The position numbers were made by a program, and so were the translations under genes. Below the pieces are notes generated by a model. It was not told the origin of the DNA. It ran no database searches and was given only the letters and a program-made list of their open reading frames with translations. From Candidatus Kapaibacterium sp. (GTDB taxonomy: Bacteria > Bacteroidota > Ignavibacteria > Kapaibacteriales > UBA2268), in assembly GCA_965140345.1 (NCBI GenBank), contig OZ223198.1, forward strand, positions 327,809-391,808: DNA of 64,000 nucleotides. The letters are read 5' to 3'. Below, one piece after another: positions 9,713 through 18,892 of the stretch. Position 1 is the first letter of the stretch. Each line of letters begins with the position of its first letter.

Positions 9713-10330
9713 TTATGATGCTTTTGTTACAAATTTTCTTAAAAATCCTTGATTCTTCAATAATTCTGGCAATTTTGTCCCTACATCTGTTGCGCTAAGT
9801 TTGGTTGCGTCAAATATAGCCGAAGGAAGAGTTATTTTATAAACCGGCTTGATACCTTCAAATTCCAAAGTAGGTTTAGAATATTCTCCATATTTGGTTG
9901 AATGAGAACCGGAAGTTTTCTTTATCTTACCTAAAGCAACGAGCATCTTGATTTCGGTCTCATTCTCTGCACCATATTGAACCATAAGTACATTGAATTC
10001 ACTACTTGAACTACCTCCGATTTTGACACTGTTTTCTAAAACTATTTCTTTTAAATCACTGTTGCTGTCAACAGGCGGATTGAAAGCGTTAAGAAAATCA
10101 TTGAATTGAGGAGTATCTTCATATTGAGAAAAACTAATATTTACAGTTCCGCCTTCTTGAAATTGAGGCGGGGCTTCTTCGACTAATTTTAAGGTGTGCG
10201 CTACACCTTGTCTATCGGTAATTGCTGAGTCCCCTGTCAGTCCCGATAGTATGGAATATGTATCATCTTCATTCAGCTTTACTCTGAAGAAGTCAACCTG
10301 GTTTTGGCCGCCACTTAAATAATCTGCCAT
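9713..10330 (-). CDS. putative major tail (tube) protein
   Basis: 205-aa ORF directly upstream of the chaperone pair and the TMP. Size and position are typical of a siphovirus major tail protein. No motif confirmation. Confidence 0.45.
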   Translation of the reverse strand: MADYLSGGQNQVDFFRVKLNEDDTYSILSGLTGDSAITDRQGVAHTLKLVEEAPPQFQEGGTVNISFSQYEDTPQFNDFLNAFNPPVDSNSDLKEIVLENSVKIGGSSSSEFNVLMVQYGAENETEIKMLVALGKIKKTSGSHSTKYGEYSKPTLEFEGIKPVYKITLPSAIFDATKLSATDVGTKLPELLKNQGFLRKFVTKAS

Positions 10331-10369
10331 TTTGTCCTCGCTTTATGTTTAAGGTCTTACTTGTATTTT

Positions 10370-11665
10370 TTACCCGCTTTTTTCTATGGTATGCATGTAA
10401 ATTGTACTTGCATGATATATAACTGAATTAGATAACTTGTTTTTTACCTTGAGTTCTAATTCATGTGTAAGATTATTGATATTTACATCCCAATCAAATA
10501 CATCTCCTCCATCTGCCCTTGTGTCTACTGATCCTGCATTGTAGATATGATTCCCACCAGAAGTACTTCTGATCATGATTCTTAATTCGTTCGATTGTAT
10601 TGCTGCTTGAGTAGCATCTACACCAGTGATAACTATACTTAAATTATAATCGTGGTTTGACTTCAAGTTGAAATTGACACTGCCGGCTAAGGTTAAGAAA
10701 GTGTAGTTGATATTATCGTTAGTTACTGCTTGCCACACTAATAAGGAATTTTGTCTTCTTTCAGAGAATATATTGTATCCAAATACAACCTCACCAGGAT
10801 AGTCTGTATGTAGATTCTTGCCTGCAAGATTTACTGAGTTTTTAGCAGCAATAGTATTCTCAGTACCTCCAAGCATAACTGCATATTCTGATCCAGATAC
10901 CATTACATTCCTATATCCTGCAAGATATCCTGAATAGTCACAATCGCTTTGTACTGTTATGGATCGTCCACCAGTAGCACCTACATAATTACTATTGATG
11001 GTAATTTTATATCCACCTGAAGCTGAAGAATAATCCCCATTTATTATGAGCTCAAATCCTCCAATGCCACTTGAGTTATTACCTGTAATAACATGTGAAT
11101 TCCCTAGAGCTATAGCCAAAATCCCTAAGCTTTTACATGAATTACCAAATGCAAACGCCATTTGTCCGGTAGATTGACAGTCTGAACCTATAGTAACAGA
11201 ATACTGTCCACTAGCTACATGTGCAACATTAGTTCTGTAAGTTTGTAAGTCTATTGCTCCTGCACCTCTTGGATTGCCTGAGATCGAGCCTTCGTTTTTG
11301 GCTTGAATTGATAAGTTAGAATTTTGAATAGTTCCACCAAGTAATGAACTATTTCCTGTATGATTTTCTCTGTTTAAATAATAATCTCCATTTTGGCCAT
11401 CTAACAGCTCACTATTTTCTGAATTATCAACTTTGCCATTGTTATTACTATCGTAGATAGACTTTTCCATATCCGGATAGATATATTTTGCTTCTACAGA
11501 GTTGTAATAGCCAAATTTGTTCGAAGAAGTATTGTATATAACCTGCCCCATAACAGAAACTGTAGGTTCTGTTGATGTATTGTGGATGGCGACATCCTGT
11601 ATTTGATTTTTCTTTAAATACAGATTGCCGGAAATACTTACTTCATATTCAAATCTTATTGGCAT
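10370..11665 (-). CDS. tail fibre / receptor-binding protein
   Basis: N-terminal KVDNSENSELLDGQNGDYYL resembles the conserved VDNA..LDG motif of phage tail fibres. The middle is Gly/Ser-rich with beta-helix-like repeats (SGIGGFELIINGDYSSASGGYKITINSNYVGATGG). Confidence 0.6.
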   Translation of the reverse strand: MPIRFEYEVSISGNLYLKKNQIQDVAIHNTSTEPTVSVMGQVIYNTSSNKFGYYNSVEAKYIYPDMEKSIYDSNNNGKVDNSENSELLDGQNGDYYLNRENHTGNSSLLGGTIQNSNLSIQAKNEGSISGNPRGAGAIDLQTYRTNVAHVASGQYSVTIGSDCQSTGQMAFAFGNSCKSLGILAIALGNSHVITGNNSSGIGGFELIINGDYSSASGGYKITINSNYVGATGGRSITVQSDCDYSGYLAGYRNVMVSGSEYAVMLGGTENTIAAKNSVNLAGKNLHTDYPGEVVFGYNIFSERRQNSLLVWQAVTNDNINYTFLTLAGSVNFNLKSNHDYNLSIVITGVDATQAAIQSNELRIMIRSTSGGNHIYNAGSVDTRADGGDVFDWDVNINNLTHELELKVKNKLSNSVIYHASTIYMHTIEKSG

Positions 11666-11684
11666 ATCTTTGCTTTACTCATTA

Positions 11685-12089
11685 CTAGAAACTAATTTCA
11701 TAGTTTTTAACTGCTTCTATCGTTGTAAGTTCCTCAATCTCTGATTCCAGAACATTGGAGCGGTCTCTCTTTGCGTTGATGAAAGCCCACATAGCTGTTT
11801 TATCAGCTTCTGTGTAACCTTGAAGTTCATTTATATTTATCTGCTTATAAGTTGGATAATAAGCTTCTATCAAATTATTACATAATGCTTTAATCTCTGC
11901 TTTCTTAGAAAACTTTGAGTTTGATAGCATCGTTTCAGAATTGTTTTGATTCTCTTGATGTGTCAAGTGATAACTAATAGCTTCCTGATCAGTCTCTAGA
12001 CTATTTTCTTCTATACCATAGTAATGGTCACCAGTCACATCATCTTTAACTACAAAATGAGTTTCTGTTTGTACAACATCTATAATCAT
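11685..12089 (-). CDS. hypothetical protein (possible fibre assembly/chaperone)
   Basis: 134-aa ORF between two fibre-like genes. Confidence 0.35.
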   Translation of the reverse strand: MIIDVVQTETHFVVKDDVTGDHYYGIEENSLETDQEAISYHLTHQENQNNSETMLSNSKFSKKAEIKALCNNLIEAYYPTYKQININELQGYTEADKTAMWAFINAKRDRSNVLESEIEELTTIEAVKNYEISF

Positions 12090-13199
12090 TTAAACAACCT
12101 CCATTATTTCGTAATAAGCCATTGGATATAATCCAGAATATTGCTGACTTCCGAAGATTACCGTATCTTCAGGGGTGGCTATAGACTGTGCAAACTGGAT
12201 GTTTATATTCTGATTAAATGCACCATTGAATAAATCCATCTTAATAGCTATGGGTCTTGATGGGCTTGTTGTAATATGAACATCTGCTCCGGTCTTCTCG
12301 TAAAAAACAAATCCCCCAGATTGATCACTTGTTAAACCAGCAGTAAAATCTTGACTTGCGAATGAGTTTGTACAATAATGGGTTTCATGCCGTGCCGTAT
12401 AAGCCTGTGTGCCACTCATTGTAATTTTAATTCCGGATGTGGCGCGAGCATTAAAAGGCAATACGATAAAAAGTTTATACTTTTTATTTGCGATAACAGG
12501 AATACTAAATACGTCAACAAAAGTCGAACTGTTGTTAATTGTGATGTTGTTTGTAAGATATACTCTCTCAAGAGCACTAGAAACTGGTTTATCCGTTAAA
12601 CTGTTATAACTACCTGAAAGAGCAACAGCTGCAAAATTTGGTCTGTTTGTAAGTGAATAATAACTTTTTTCAGATAAATTTGCTAAGTTATGATTATGTG
12701 TATTATTTGCTTTACCATTGAGAATATCTTGTAGACTATTTATCTCAGACACATTATGAATGTGAGTTGCATTAGCTTTAGATGCTAATGCGTCATCTAC
12801 ATATGTTACATCAGCTTTACTAGCTACATCAGGAATCATAGGTTTATTACTTAAATCAATATAATCTCCGGAAATAGCAACCTCTGCCAAATCAGTTACG
12901 TTGACTTTTGTATTTAAATCAGGCTTATCTGTAAGAGAGTTATAACTCTTTTCTTCTAAGTCTGATAAGTTGTGATTATGGGAGGTGTCCGCTTTCCCAT
13001 CTAAAGTGGTATTCAAACCTGTAATATTTGAAACCGAATGATTGTGGTAAACACTAGCCTTCTCTGAAAGTTTAGTAGACAATCCTTCAATATCGGATTC
13101 TATATGCACATGATTTAACTCGGCCTTAGCTGCTAAAACATCATCCAGGCCTGTTATATTATCAATTGTTGCAGATTTTTCCGGTAATTCCTTAATCAT
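12090..13199 (-). CDS. tail fibre protein with His-rich tandem repeats
   Basis: Repeated units such as NHVHIESDIEGLSTKLSEKASVYHNHSVSNITGLNTTLDGKADTSHNHNLSDLEEKSY and ATHIHNVSEINSLQDILNGKANNTHNHNLANLSEKSY. This is the periodic H.H..S.I.GL pattern seen in phage fibres. Confidence 0.55.
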   Translation of the reverse strand: MIKELPEKSATIDNITGLDDVLAAKAELNHVHIESDIEGLSTKLSEKASVYHNHSVSNITGLNTTLDGKADTSHNHNLSDLEEKSYNSLTDKPDLNTKVNVTDLAEVAISGDYIDLSNKPMIPDVASKADVTYVDDALASKANATHIHNVSEINSLQDILNGKANNTHNHNLANLSEKSYYSLTNRPNFAAVALSGSYNSLTDKPVSSALERVYLTNNITINNSSTFVDVFSIPVIANKKYKLFIVLPFNARATSGIKITMSGTQAYTARHETHYCTNSFASQDFTAGLTSDQSGGFVFYEKTGADVHITTSPSRPIAIKMDLFNGAFNQNINIQFAQSIATPEDTVIFGSQQYSGLYPMAYYEIMEVV

Positions 13200-13522
13200 T
13201 ATCCAACCCTCAAAATAGTTGTCATTGCTACTCCGTTCGTATTTCCGTTAGCTTGATAACGGATTTGTAAACCGGCAATAGGAAAGTTAGTAAATCGAGT
13301 TTCTCTACCTGAAGGTGTATTAACAGGAATCGAACCTACAACATCAAAGGCTTCCGGGTTGTCTTTGTCAAAAAAAACTAAAATCTGGAATTGACCATTC
13401 ATTGATCCACTTGCTCCAGTCCAATAAATGTTGACAGAAGTTTGTTTTGTATATGTACCGTAATCATCTAGAGTAATTATTTCACTATTTTTGTCTGTAT
13501 CTAAATCAAATGTTTTTTTCAT
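13199..13522 (-). CDS. hypothetical virion protein
   Basis: 107-aa ORF, start overlapping the downstream gene (ATGA-type coupling). Confidence 0.35.
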   Translation of the reverse strand: MKKTFDLDTDKNSEIITLDDYGTYTKQTSVNIYWTGASGSMNGQFQILVFFDKDNPEAFDVVGSIPVNTPSGRETRFTNFPIAGLQIRYQANGNTNGVAMTTILRVG

Positions 13523-13530
13523 TTTGTATC

Positions 13531-13812
13531 CTAGTTGCAGTAAGCAAAACCTGTTAGAGCAGTACTAAATTGGATTTTGATTGTGTTGATATTTATTATT
13601 GAAACAGATCCAAATATGATCTCACCGGAATCATCAGTGATTACTACTGATGGAACCTTTTGTAATTGGTGATTTACATTCCAAATATTTGATCCTGAAG
13701 TTTGTTGATGTACATAGTTTTTGTCAAAAGAGCCATCAATTTCATCAGACTTGATTTTCTCGGCTACTTTATTTCCTGTTGCAAAATCATGTTTTAGTGG
13801 CATTTTAGACAT
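13531..13812 (-). CDS. hypothetical protein
   Basis: 93-aa ORF in the structural operon. Confidence 0.3.
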   Translation of the reverse strand: MSKMPLKHDFATGNKVAEKIKSDEIDGSFDKNYVHQQTSGSNIWNVNHQLQKVPSVVITDDSGEIIFGSVSIININTIKIQFSTALTGFAYCN

Positions 13813-14143
13813 ACGAATAAGCTACCGTCATTGAACCATTTTGTAAACTATTTTTTCTAAATTTTAATCTGTAAGCTTGAACCGGTGCAATTGTAAGATT
13901 CATTGCACAAGAACCTGCATTACTTTCAGAATCAATAACAAAAGATTCTGCTTCAGAGATGAGCTCACCATCAAGAGATACTTCAATTGATATTATGCCA
14001 TCGAAGATGTCAGAAATAGTTGTGACAGCTTCCCATTGAATCTGTATAGTTAAGTACAAAAACGGATTTCTATAGTTGTCTTTATAAATCCATTTGCTTA
14101 CGAAATCTTGATCTAATGGCTTATCTCTAAAAAGTGATTTCAT
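13805..14143 (-). CDS. hypothetical protein
   Basis: 112-aa ORF, coupled to its neighbours. Confidence 0.3.
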   Translation of the reverse strand: MKSLFRDKPLDQDFVSKWIYKDNYRNPFLYLTIQIQWEAVTTISDIFDGIISIEVSLDGELISEAESFVIDSESNAGSCAMNLTIAPVQAYRLKFRKNSLQNGSMTVAYSYV

Positions 14144-14460
14144 CGCTTATATATGTAAATCGTTGTGTCAAATTTAACTTCGTTTCTTCTGATCATATCA
14201 TTCTCCAAATACCAGACATGAACAGAACCTGAGTCAATATCATAGTCAGTATTTTCTTTAATTTTTTCAAGATCATCCAACCAGTAAAAACTTCTAGTGA
14301 TTCTTATCGAATCGATCGGTTCTGCCTCCGTAGCTTCATCTTTATCGTAAGTGATCTCAATTTTGCTAGCTTCTGAAACAAGGAAGTCGGTTACTGTTGA
14401 GCAACCAGTAATGAAAAGAAACACAAAGACAACAACAATTCTCATGCTCCTGAACTCCAT
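14140..14460 (-). CDS. small lipoprotein (possible spanin or exclusion lipoprotein)
   Basis: Signal peptide MRIVVVFVFLFITGCS with a lipobox Cys. 106 aa. Sits next to the lysis genes. Confidence 0.4.
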   Translation of the reverse strand: MEFRSMRIVVVFVFLFITGCSTVTDFLVSEASKIEITYDKDEATEAEPIDSIRITRSFYWLDDLEKIKENTDYDIDSGSVHVWYLENDMIRRNEVKFDTTIYIYKR

Positions 14461-14858
14461 ATTTTTCTTACTTCTCTTAGAATAATTATTATAATCAATT
14501 CGGCTTCATCCCAACTCAAGTCCTTTAGTTCATCTATAGATGGTTTAATGAGTTCCGCAATTTCTGAAACTGCTCCAATCAATTTTGCACCTTGAGGAAC
14601 ATCACCTAGATTAATTCTACCATCGGCTAGTGCTTCTATTATTGAATTTACAAGTCTTGAACCAGGCTCAGTAAGGAGTTTTGCAGTTTCTAAGATATTA
14701 TACTCTAATAATTTAGAAAGCTCTTTATTGACATTCTCCAACGCTAAAGCTTCTACATCACTCAACGCTGCGGTCTGTTTGGATGCAATTTCTGTTAATC
14801 CAAGTCCGATTTCTTCAAACCTTTCCCTGTCTGTTATTACAATTGGAATTTTGTTCAT
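14442..14858 (-). CDS. hypothetical protein
   Basis: 138-aa ORF downstream of the endolysin. Confidence 0.3.
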   Translation of the reverse strand: MNKIPIVITDRERFEEIGLGLTEIASKQTAALSDVEALALENVNKELSKLLEYNILETAKLLTEPGSRLVNSIIEALADGRINLGDVPQGAKLIGAVSEIAELIKPSIDELKDLSWDEAELIIIIILREVRKIWSSGA

Positions 14859-15770
14859 TTAATTCACCTTTTCTATTGTCACTTGACCTAATTTTAAATT
14901 CAAACTATCTGCTGCTGCTTTTGATAAGTCTATCACTCTATTATTCAGAAATGGTCCGCGATCATTAATTCTAACTACTACATTCTTATGATTACGCAGA
15001 TTTGTAACTTTAACTTTTGTACCAAATGGAAGTGATGAATGTGCGGCTGTTAGCTGAGTCATGTCGTAGAGCTCACCGGTTGCAGTAGCTTTATTGTGTA
15101 AAGAATTTGCATAGTATGATGCAATGCCTTTTTCATAGAATTTATAGCTTCCTTTGACTTTCACTACAAATGCAGCTTTACCTTGTCTTGCCTGACAAGC
15201 ACTCAATTTTATACTTTTTACTTCATCTGACCTATTGCCTCCTACAATTGTGAAATACCCATCTTTATATTTCTCAATAAAATCAATATGTCCTCGGCCT
15301 CCACCATAATCCCAAACTAAAAAGTCTCCTGCTGCAGGATTATACATTCCTAGTTGAATTTCTTTTATACTGTATTTTTGGATATTATCACCTCTTGCAA
15401 AATCTAATGCTAGAGGACTCCAAGTACGAGGCAATACTTTACCATCTCTGACCATATTAGAAGCAAAAGTAGCACACCATGGAGCTTTGTATAACCCAAA
15501 TGAAGAATTCCACTTATCTACATATTTACCACAATTACTACCTGTTGGGGACTCCTTTGTCCCCAGATACTCCAACATCTTGTTTAGGTGCATCGGATAC
15601 TTGCTGAATAGCTGATTTTGCTTCTCCATAGATAGAGTTGGCTGTGTACCCTTCTCCGATGAGAATGCCAATCCAAATGCTACCGGCAATAATAAAGAGA
15701 AGAGTAGAATGGTTATTTTTCTCATCAAATGTATCTCCAGGGATAAATAAATAGTCAAGAACAAAAACAA
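14859..15770 (-). CDS. endolysin: CHAP peptidase domain + RlpA-like double-psi beta-barrel domain, N-terminal signal/TM
   Basis: CHAP catalytic Cys in PWCATFASNM and His in AAGDFLVWDYGGGRGHIDFIEK. The C-terminal ASYYANSLHNKATATGELYDMTQLTAAHSSLPFGTKVKVTNLRNHKNVVVRINDRGPF matches the RlpA/DPBB consensus (ASwYG..TAnGE..TAAH..LP....V.N..NG..v.VRvNDRGP). The true start may be an internal Met, e.g. MRKIT or MEKQN. Confidence 0.75.
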   Translation of the reverse strand: MFLFLTIYLSLEIHLMRKITILLFSLLLPVAFGLAFSSEKGTQPTLSMEKQNQLFSKYPMHLNKMLEYLGTKESPTGSNCGKYVDKWNSSFGLYKAPWCATFASNMVRDGKVLPRTWSPLALDFARGDNIQKYSIKEIQLGMYNPAAGDFLVWDYGGGRGHIDFIEKYKDGYFTIVGGNRSDEVKSIKLSACQARQGKAAFVVKVKGSYKFYEKGIASYYANSLHNKATATGELYDMTQLTAAHSSLPFGTKVKVTNLRNHKNVVVRINDRGPFLNNRVIDLSKAAADSLNLKLGQVTIEKVN

Positions 15771-16044
15771 AAAGAAGGATTAACGTTGCGAACAAAAAAC
15801 CTAATGATACTCCATAAAAAGCTGAATTCAGTTGAAAAACTATCCAATGAACGCCAAAGCTCAGAAGTACTGATAGAAGTAGCCATAAGAATCTTTTTAG
15901 ATATGCTCTGTTATAAGTATCACTGCTATTCTTGTTCTCTCCCTTATGATCACCAGTTTCAACTATCCCTGCTACTAAATTTGTGAGATAGTCTATCTTT
16001 TCATTAGGAGTTAGATTATTGAGCTTTTCCATTGCAAGCACCAT
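15538..16044 (-). CDS. holin-like membrane protein (3 predicted TM helices)
   Basis: Hydrophobic segments FLWLLLSVLLSFGVHWIVF, LGFLFATLILLFVFVLDYLF and LLFIIAGSIWIGILIG. Immediately upstream of the endolysin. Its 3' end overlaps the endolysin ORF. Confidence 0.5.
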   Translation of the reverse strand: MVLAMEKLNNLTPNEKIDYLTNLVAGIVETGDHKGENKNSSDTYNRAYLKRFLWLLLSVLLSFGVHWIVFQLNSAFYGVSLGFLFATLILLFVFVLDYLFIPGDTFDEKNNHSTLLFIIAGSIWIGILIGEGYTANSIYGEAKSAIQQVSDAPKQDVGVSGDKGVPNR

Positions 16045-16258
16045 TGATCTTGTTTACTAACTCAAATCCCACTTTTAACTTCTGGGCATCTGTCATTTGC
16101 TGCCATTGAGCTTTTATTCTTCTTGCTTCATTAACAACATCTTTTGCGAATACAGATACATCAGCCATTTCAGCTGTATTTGCTAGTGAAATATCTGCAG
16201 TTCTGTTTGTTCCGTATTCAATTAGACCTGCTATTTTTAAAATCAAATTATCCATCAT
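16016..16258 (-). CDS. hypothetical protein (80 aa)
   Basis: ORF track; coupled within the operon. Confidence 0.3.
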   Translation of the reverse strand: MMDNLILKIAGLIEYGTNRTADISLANTAEMADVSVFAKDVVNEARRIKAQWQQMTDAQKLKVGFELVNKINGACNGKAQ

Positions 16259-16589
16259 TTTTCCTATTAGTATGAAAATCTACTACATGCTTCGATAAGC
16301 CTTCCTGCACTTGTTTTGTGATATTATCTAACTTGTCGAAGATGCGCTGTACAATTTCTGCATCTACTTTGTCAGAGTCCTCTAAAGCCTTTACTCTTTG
16401 CTTTAGTAGTTGTACCTGGCTATTCGTTTCAGTCCATTTACTTTGATCTTCTAATGCCGCTTGAACTGCTTTTTCAAGTAATTCAGCATTATCCTTTTTT
16501 ATTTGTTTTCTTACAGCAATAATACTAATCGCTAATGCAACAAAGGTTAGTATTGTTCCAATAAGTTGTATCCAGTTATCCGTTGTCAT
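16248..16589 (-). CDS. membrane-anchored coiled-coil protein (possible holin/antiholin partner)
   Basis: Single N-terminal TM (WIQLIGTILTFVALAISIIAV) followed by a coiled coil. Confidence 0.35.
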   Translation of the reverse strand: MTTDNWIQLIGTILTFVALAISIIAVRKQIKKDNAELLEKAVQAALEDQSKWTETNSQVQLLKQRVKALEDSDKVDAEIVQRIFDKLDNITKQVQEGLSKHVVDFHTNRKNDG

Positions 16590-17043
16590 TTATTTTGCCC
16601 TGTATTTCCCGGATTGGTATCTGAAATTTGCTGTTAGTTTCAAATACTACTTGTTTCCATGTGCTATTATCTCGACCTTTCTGTGTTTTGCTTACTTCAC
16701 GTGGTATCAATGGAGTATAATTATCTACTTTAGCATTAGTCATCCTCGTAAGAACTTCTTCTGTTAGTTTATCTAAGAAATTATCCTCATCAGTGATGTA
16801 TTTGCTTCCGATGGAAACAACAATTCTTATGGTTTTCCTATAAAACCCTTGATCAGTCATCCCTTTTTCGAACAGAGGGTGATTGTTGGTTATCGGGGAT
16901 GCTAACTCGTGCCAAACATAAATGCCTCCTTTGTCTGTCAAAAGTAGACAATCACGTAAGAATAGAGCTAGAGGAGAAGCTTTAATAGGTACTTCCTTGA
17001 TTAGCTCTTCCAAATCACTTGCTAATATGTCTGCTAGTATCAA
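16576..17043 (-). CDS. hypothetical head-tail joining protein
   Basis: 155 aa. Located between capsid and tail genes. Confidence 0.3.
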   Translation of the reverse strand: MILADILASDLEELIKEVPIKASPLALFLRDCLLLTDKGGIYVWHELASPITNNHPLFEKGMTDQGFYRKTIRIVVSIGSKYITDEDNFLDKLTEEVLTRMTNAKVDNYTPLIPREVSKTQKGRDNSTWKQVVFETNSKFQIPIREIQGKINDNG

Positions 17044-17468
17044 TATTGCTCCATCATATCATCAGTAAAATATCTTGTTCTCTGAGTGTGTTTGTAATGT
17101 CTTGGTTTCGTAGATGTTGATCCGGCATCAAGCTTAATAATTCCAGATTGTATGTTCTTGAGATCTTTTAAAGCGTTATTTTTTCTCAAAACAAGGGCAT
17201 CACTAATTTCATGCTGCATTCTTCTCTGATAAAGTTCACAAACAACTAAACTAACTGCGATTGGTTTCAGAATTTCAAGATCTCCTTCATCCGATATAGG
17301 AAGCGGATATCTCCCTTTCAAAAAAGCATTCATATACTGACTAATACTTCCGATTTTATTTTTTACCATGTCTGAATCATATCCAACAACATCACTGCTG
17401 TCATTAGTCAGTTCTATTAATATAGTTTCTGAGATATCCGCTAATATATCTTCAATAGTACAATACAT
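17040..17468 (-). CDS. DUF1320/Mu gp36-like head-tail connector protein (tentative)
   Basis: 142 aa. Pattern and position resemble Mu gp36-family proteins. Weak by-eye call. Confidence 0.35.
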   Translation of the reverse strand: MYCTIEDILADISETILIELTNDSSDVVGYDSDMVKNKIGSISQYMNAFLKGRYPLPISDEGDLEILKPIAVSLVVCELYQRRMQHEISDALVLRKNNALKDLKNIQSGIIKLDAGSTSTKPRHYKHTQRTRYFTDDMMEQY

Positions 17469-17469
17469 T

Positions 17470-17805
17470 TTATCTGATAACTATTCTGATTAAATCACCA
17501 TCTTGAGTTGCTTCATCCAAAGCGATCCCATTAGATTCCTCACCTGCTTCATAAGCTTTTGCTTTTCCTAATGATATACCTGATGATACTTTTGAACCTA
17601 CTGGTATTGCAGACTCAGCTTCAACTAAAACGACTCCATAAGTATTTACAGGCATCATGAAACCGCTATTAGTTTCGACATCGCTAGTTCCTACTGCAGC
17701 AGTTCCTTGAGCTGCATAATTTCCGTCTGTCCCTATAAATCTTTTAGCTAGTATATCTGCTGATGCTTTGATTGATATCGCTTGTAGCTTATTTTCCAGT
17801 TTCAT
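17470..17805 (-). CDS. small capsid-associated protein (DUF2190-like, tentative)
   Basis: 111 aa, Ala/Gly-rich, adjacent to the major capsid gene. Confidence 0.3.
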   Translation of the reverse strand: MKLENKLQAISIKASADILAKRFIGTDGNYAAQGTAAVGTSDVETNSGFMMPVNTYGVVLVEAESAIPVGSKVSSGISLGKAKAYEAGEESNGIALDEATQDGDLIRIVIR

Positions 17806-17956
17806 TTGTTTCGCCTTTTGCTGTTTTTACTTCTGAAATCAACCCTTTGCTGTTTTTGAATTTTTTAAGTTGATCATTACTTAATTCAATAATTGCTCCT
17901 GCTCCAATTCTTTTACCACCTAATCTTATAGGAGTTAGTGTTTTATATTTAGCCAT
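17796..17956 (-). CDS. small ORF (53 aa), not in ORF track
   Basis: Manual read: ATG at 17956 gives MAKYKTLTPIRLGGKRIGAGAIIELSNDQLKKFKNSKGLISEVKTAKGETNETGK. It fills the gap between the capsid and the 111-aa gene and overlaps the next start. Confidence 0.3.
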
Positions 17957-17965
17957 GACTTACTC

Positions 17966-18892
17966 CTATGATCTTGCTATTACGTCTTTTAGAAGATATG
18001 CTGATTCAGCACCTACAATCTTGATGTCATAGTTTGTGGTGCATCTAATTACTTTTATCTTGCCACCATTTGTATTATATGTATCTACAAATGGGTGACC
18101 TTTTTTACGAAGAGTATATCCAAAAGAAGGCTGATAAGGTGTTTTAGCCATACCGGAATTTGGTACTTTATAAAACAATACTAGATTGTTGCCCCAGATA
18201 TCTTTAAATGTTTTTTTATCTTCTGAGTAGATAGCTTCACCAACTAATATTTCATTTACTTCCAAGAGTCTTTTTAACAAATCTTTGGTAACTATACCTG
18301 TTTGTGAATACTTGATTTTTTCAATAATTAGTGGATGATTTACAAGTACATCATAAACAGCCGGCCCCATTACCAATGTATTTGCTCTTGCTCCAATAAT
18401 ATCTCGAAGTGCGTTCCTCTTTTCTCGAATCAAAATTGTTGGATCAATACCTGAATCATCCAATTGATTATCTACTAGTGTTTCTTTGTTGGAGTCAGCA
18501 TAATTATCCGCATCTTGCAGTAATTCCGCAGCTTTTAATTCATGGCCTAGAGATAAAACATCTTTTGTTCTTCGAGTAGCTAAAACTTTCTCGTTCATAA
18601 AAGATTCTTTTTCTTCTCTGTAGTCAATCCTACGTTCTATGTCATGTTCTTCAGTAGAATATTTAATTGTACTTAAAAAGTCTCCGTCCATCTGATTTGA
18701 ATCGGCTCTAATAGCTCTTTCTGTCTTGTATGACATAAAAGACTCTTTACCAAACTGAGGGATTTTGCCGGCTTCTTTTTCTACATCTACTGTTGGAAAT
18801 ATCTGTTCACCAATGAATGCAGAATTATGATAGCCTCTTGCAATATTAGTCAAAATTGGGTCTACGACTCTAGCTTTATCTAAATGTCCCAT
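17966..18892 (-). CDS. major capsid protein (Mu gpT-like)
   Basis: 308 aa. Directly downstream of the protease/scaffold gene (ATGA overlap at 18892). Size and context are those of Mu-like major head subunits. Confidence 0.55.
   Translation of the reverse strand: MGHLDKARVVDPILTNIARGYHNSAFIGEQIFPTVDVEKEAGKIPQFGKESFMSYKTERAIRADSNQMDGDFLSTIKYSTEEHDIERRIDYREEKESFMNEKVLATRRTKDVLSLGHELKAAELLQDADNYADSNKETLVDNQLDDSGIDPTILIREKRNALRDIIGARANTLVMGPAVYDVLVNHPLIIEKIKYSQTGIVTKDLLKRLLEVNEILVGEAIYSEDKKTFKDIWGNNLVLFYKVPNSGMAKTPYQPSFGYTLRKKGHPFVDTYNTNGGKIKVIRCTTNYDIKIVGAESAYLLKDVIARS

Noticed and set aside
15538-15770. Long out-of-frame overlap between holin-like and endolysin ORFs as evidence of a frameshift
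   Set aside because: Internal Met codons (MRKIT.. or MEKQN..) give a shorter, plausible endolysin start. The overlap is more likely an ORF-caller extension than biology.
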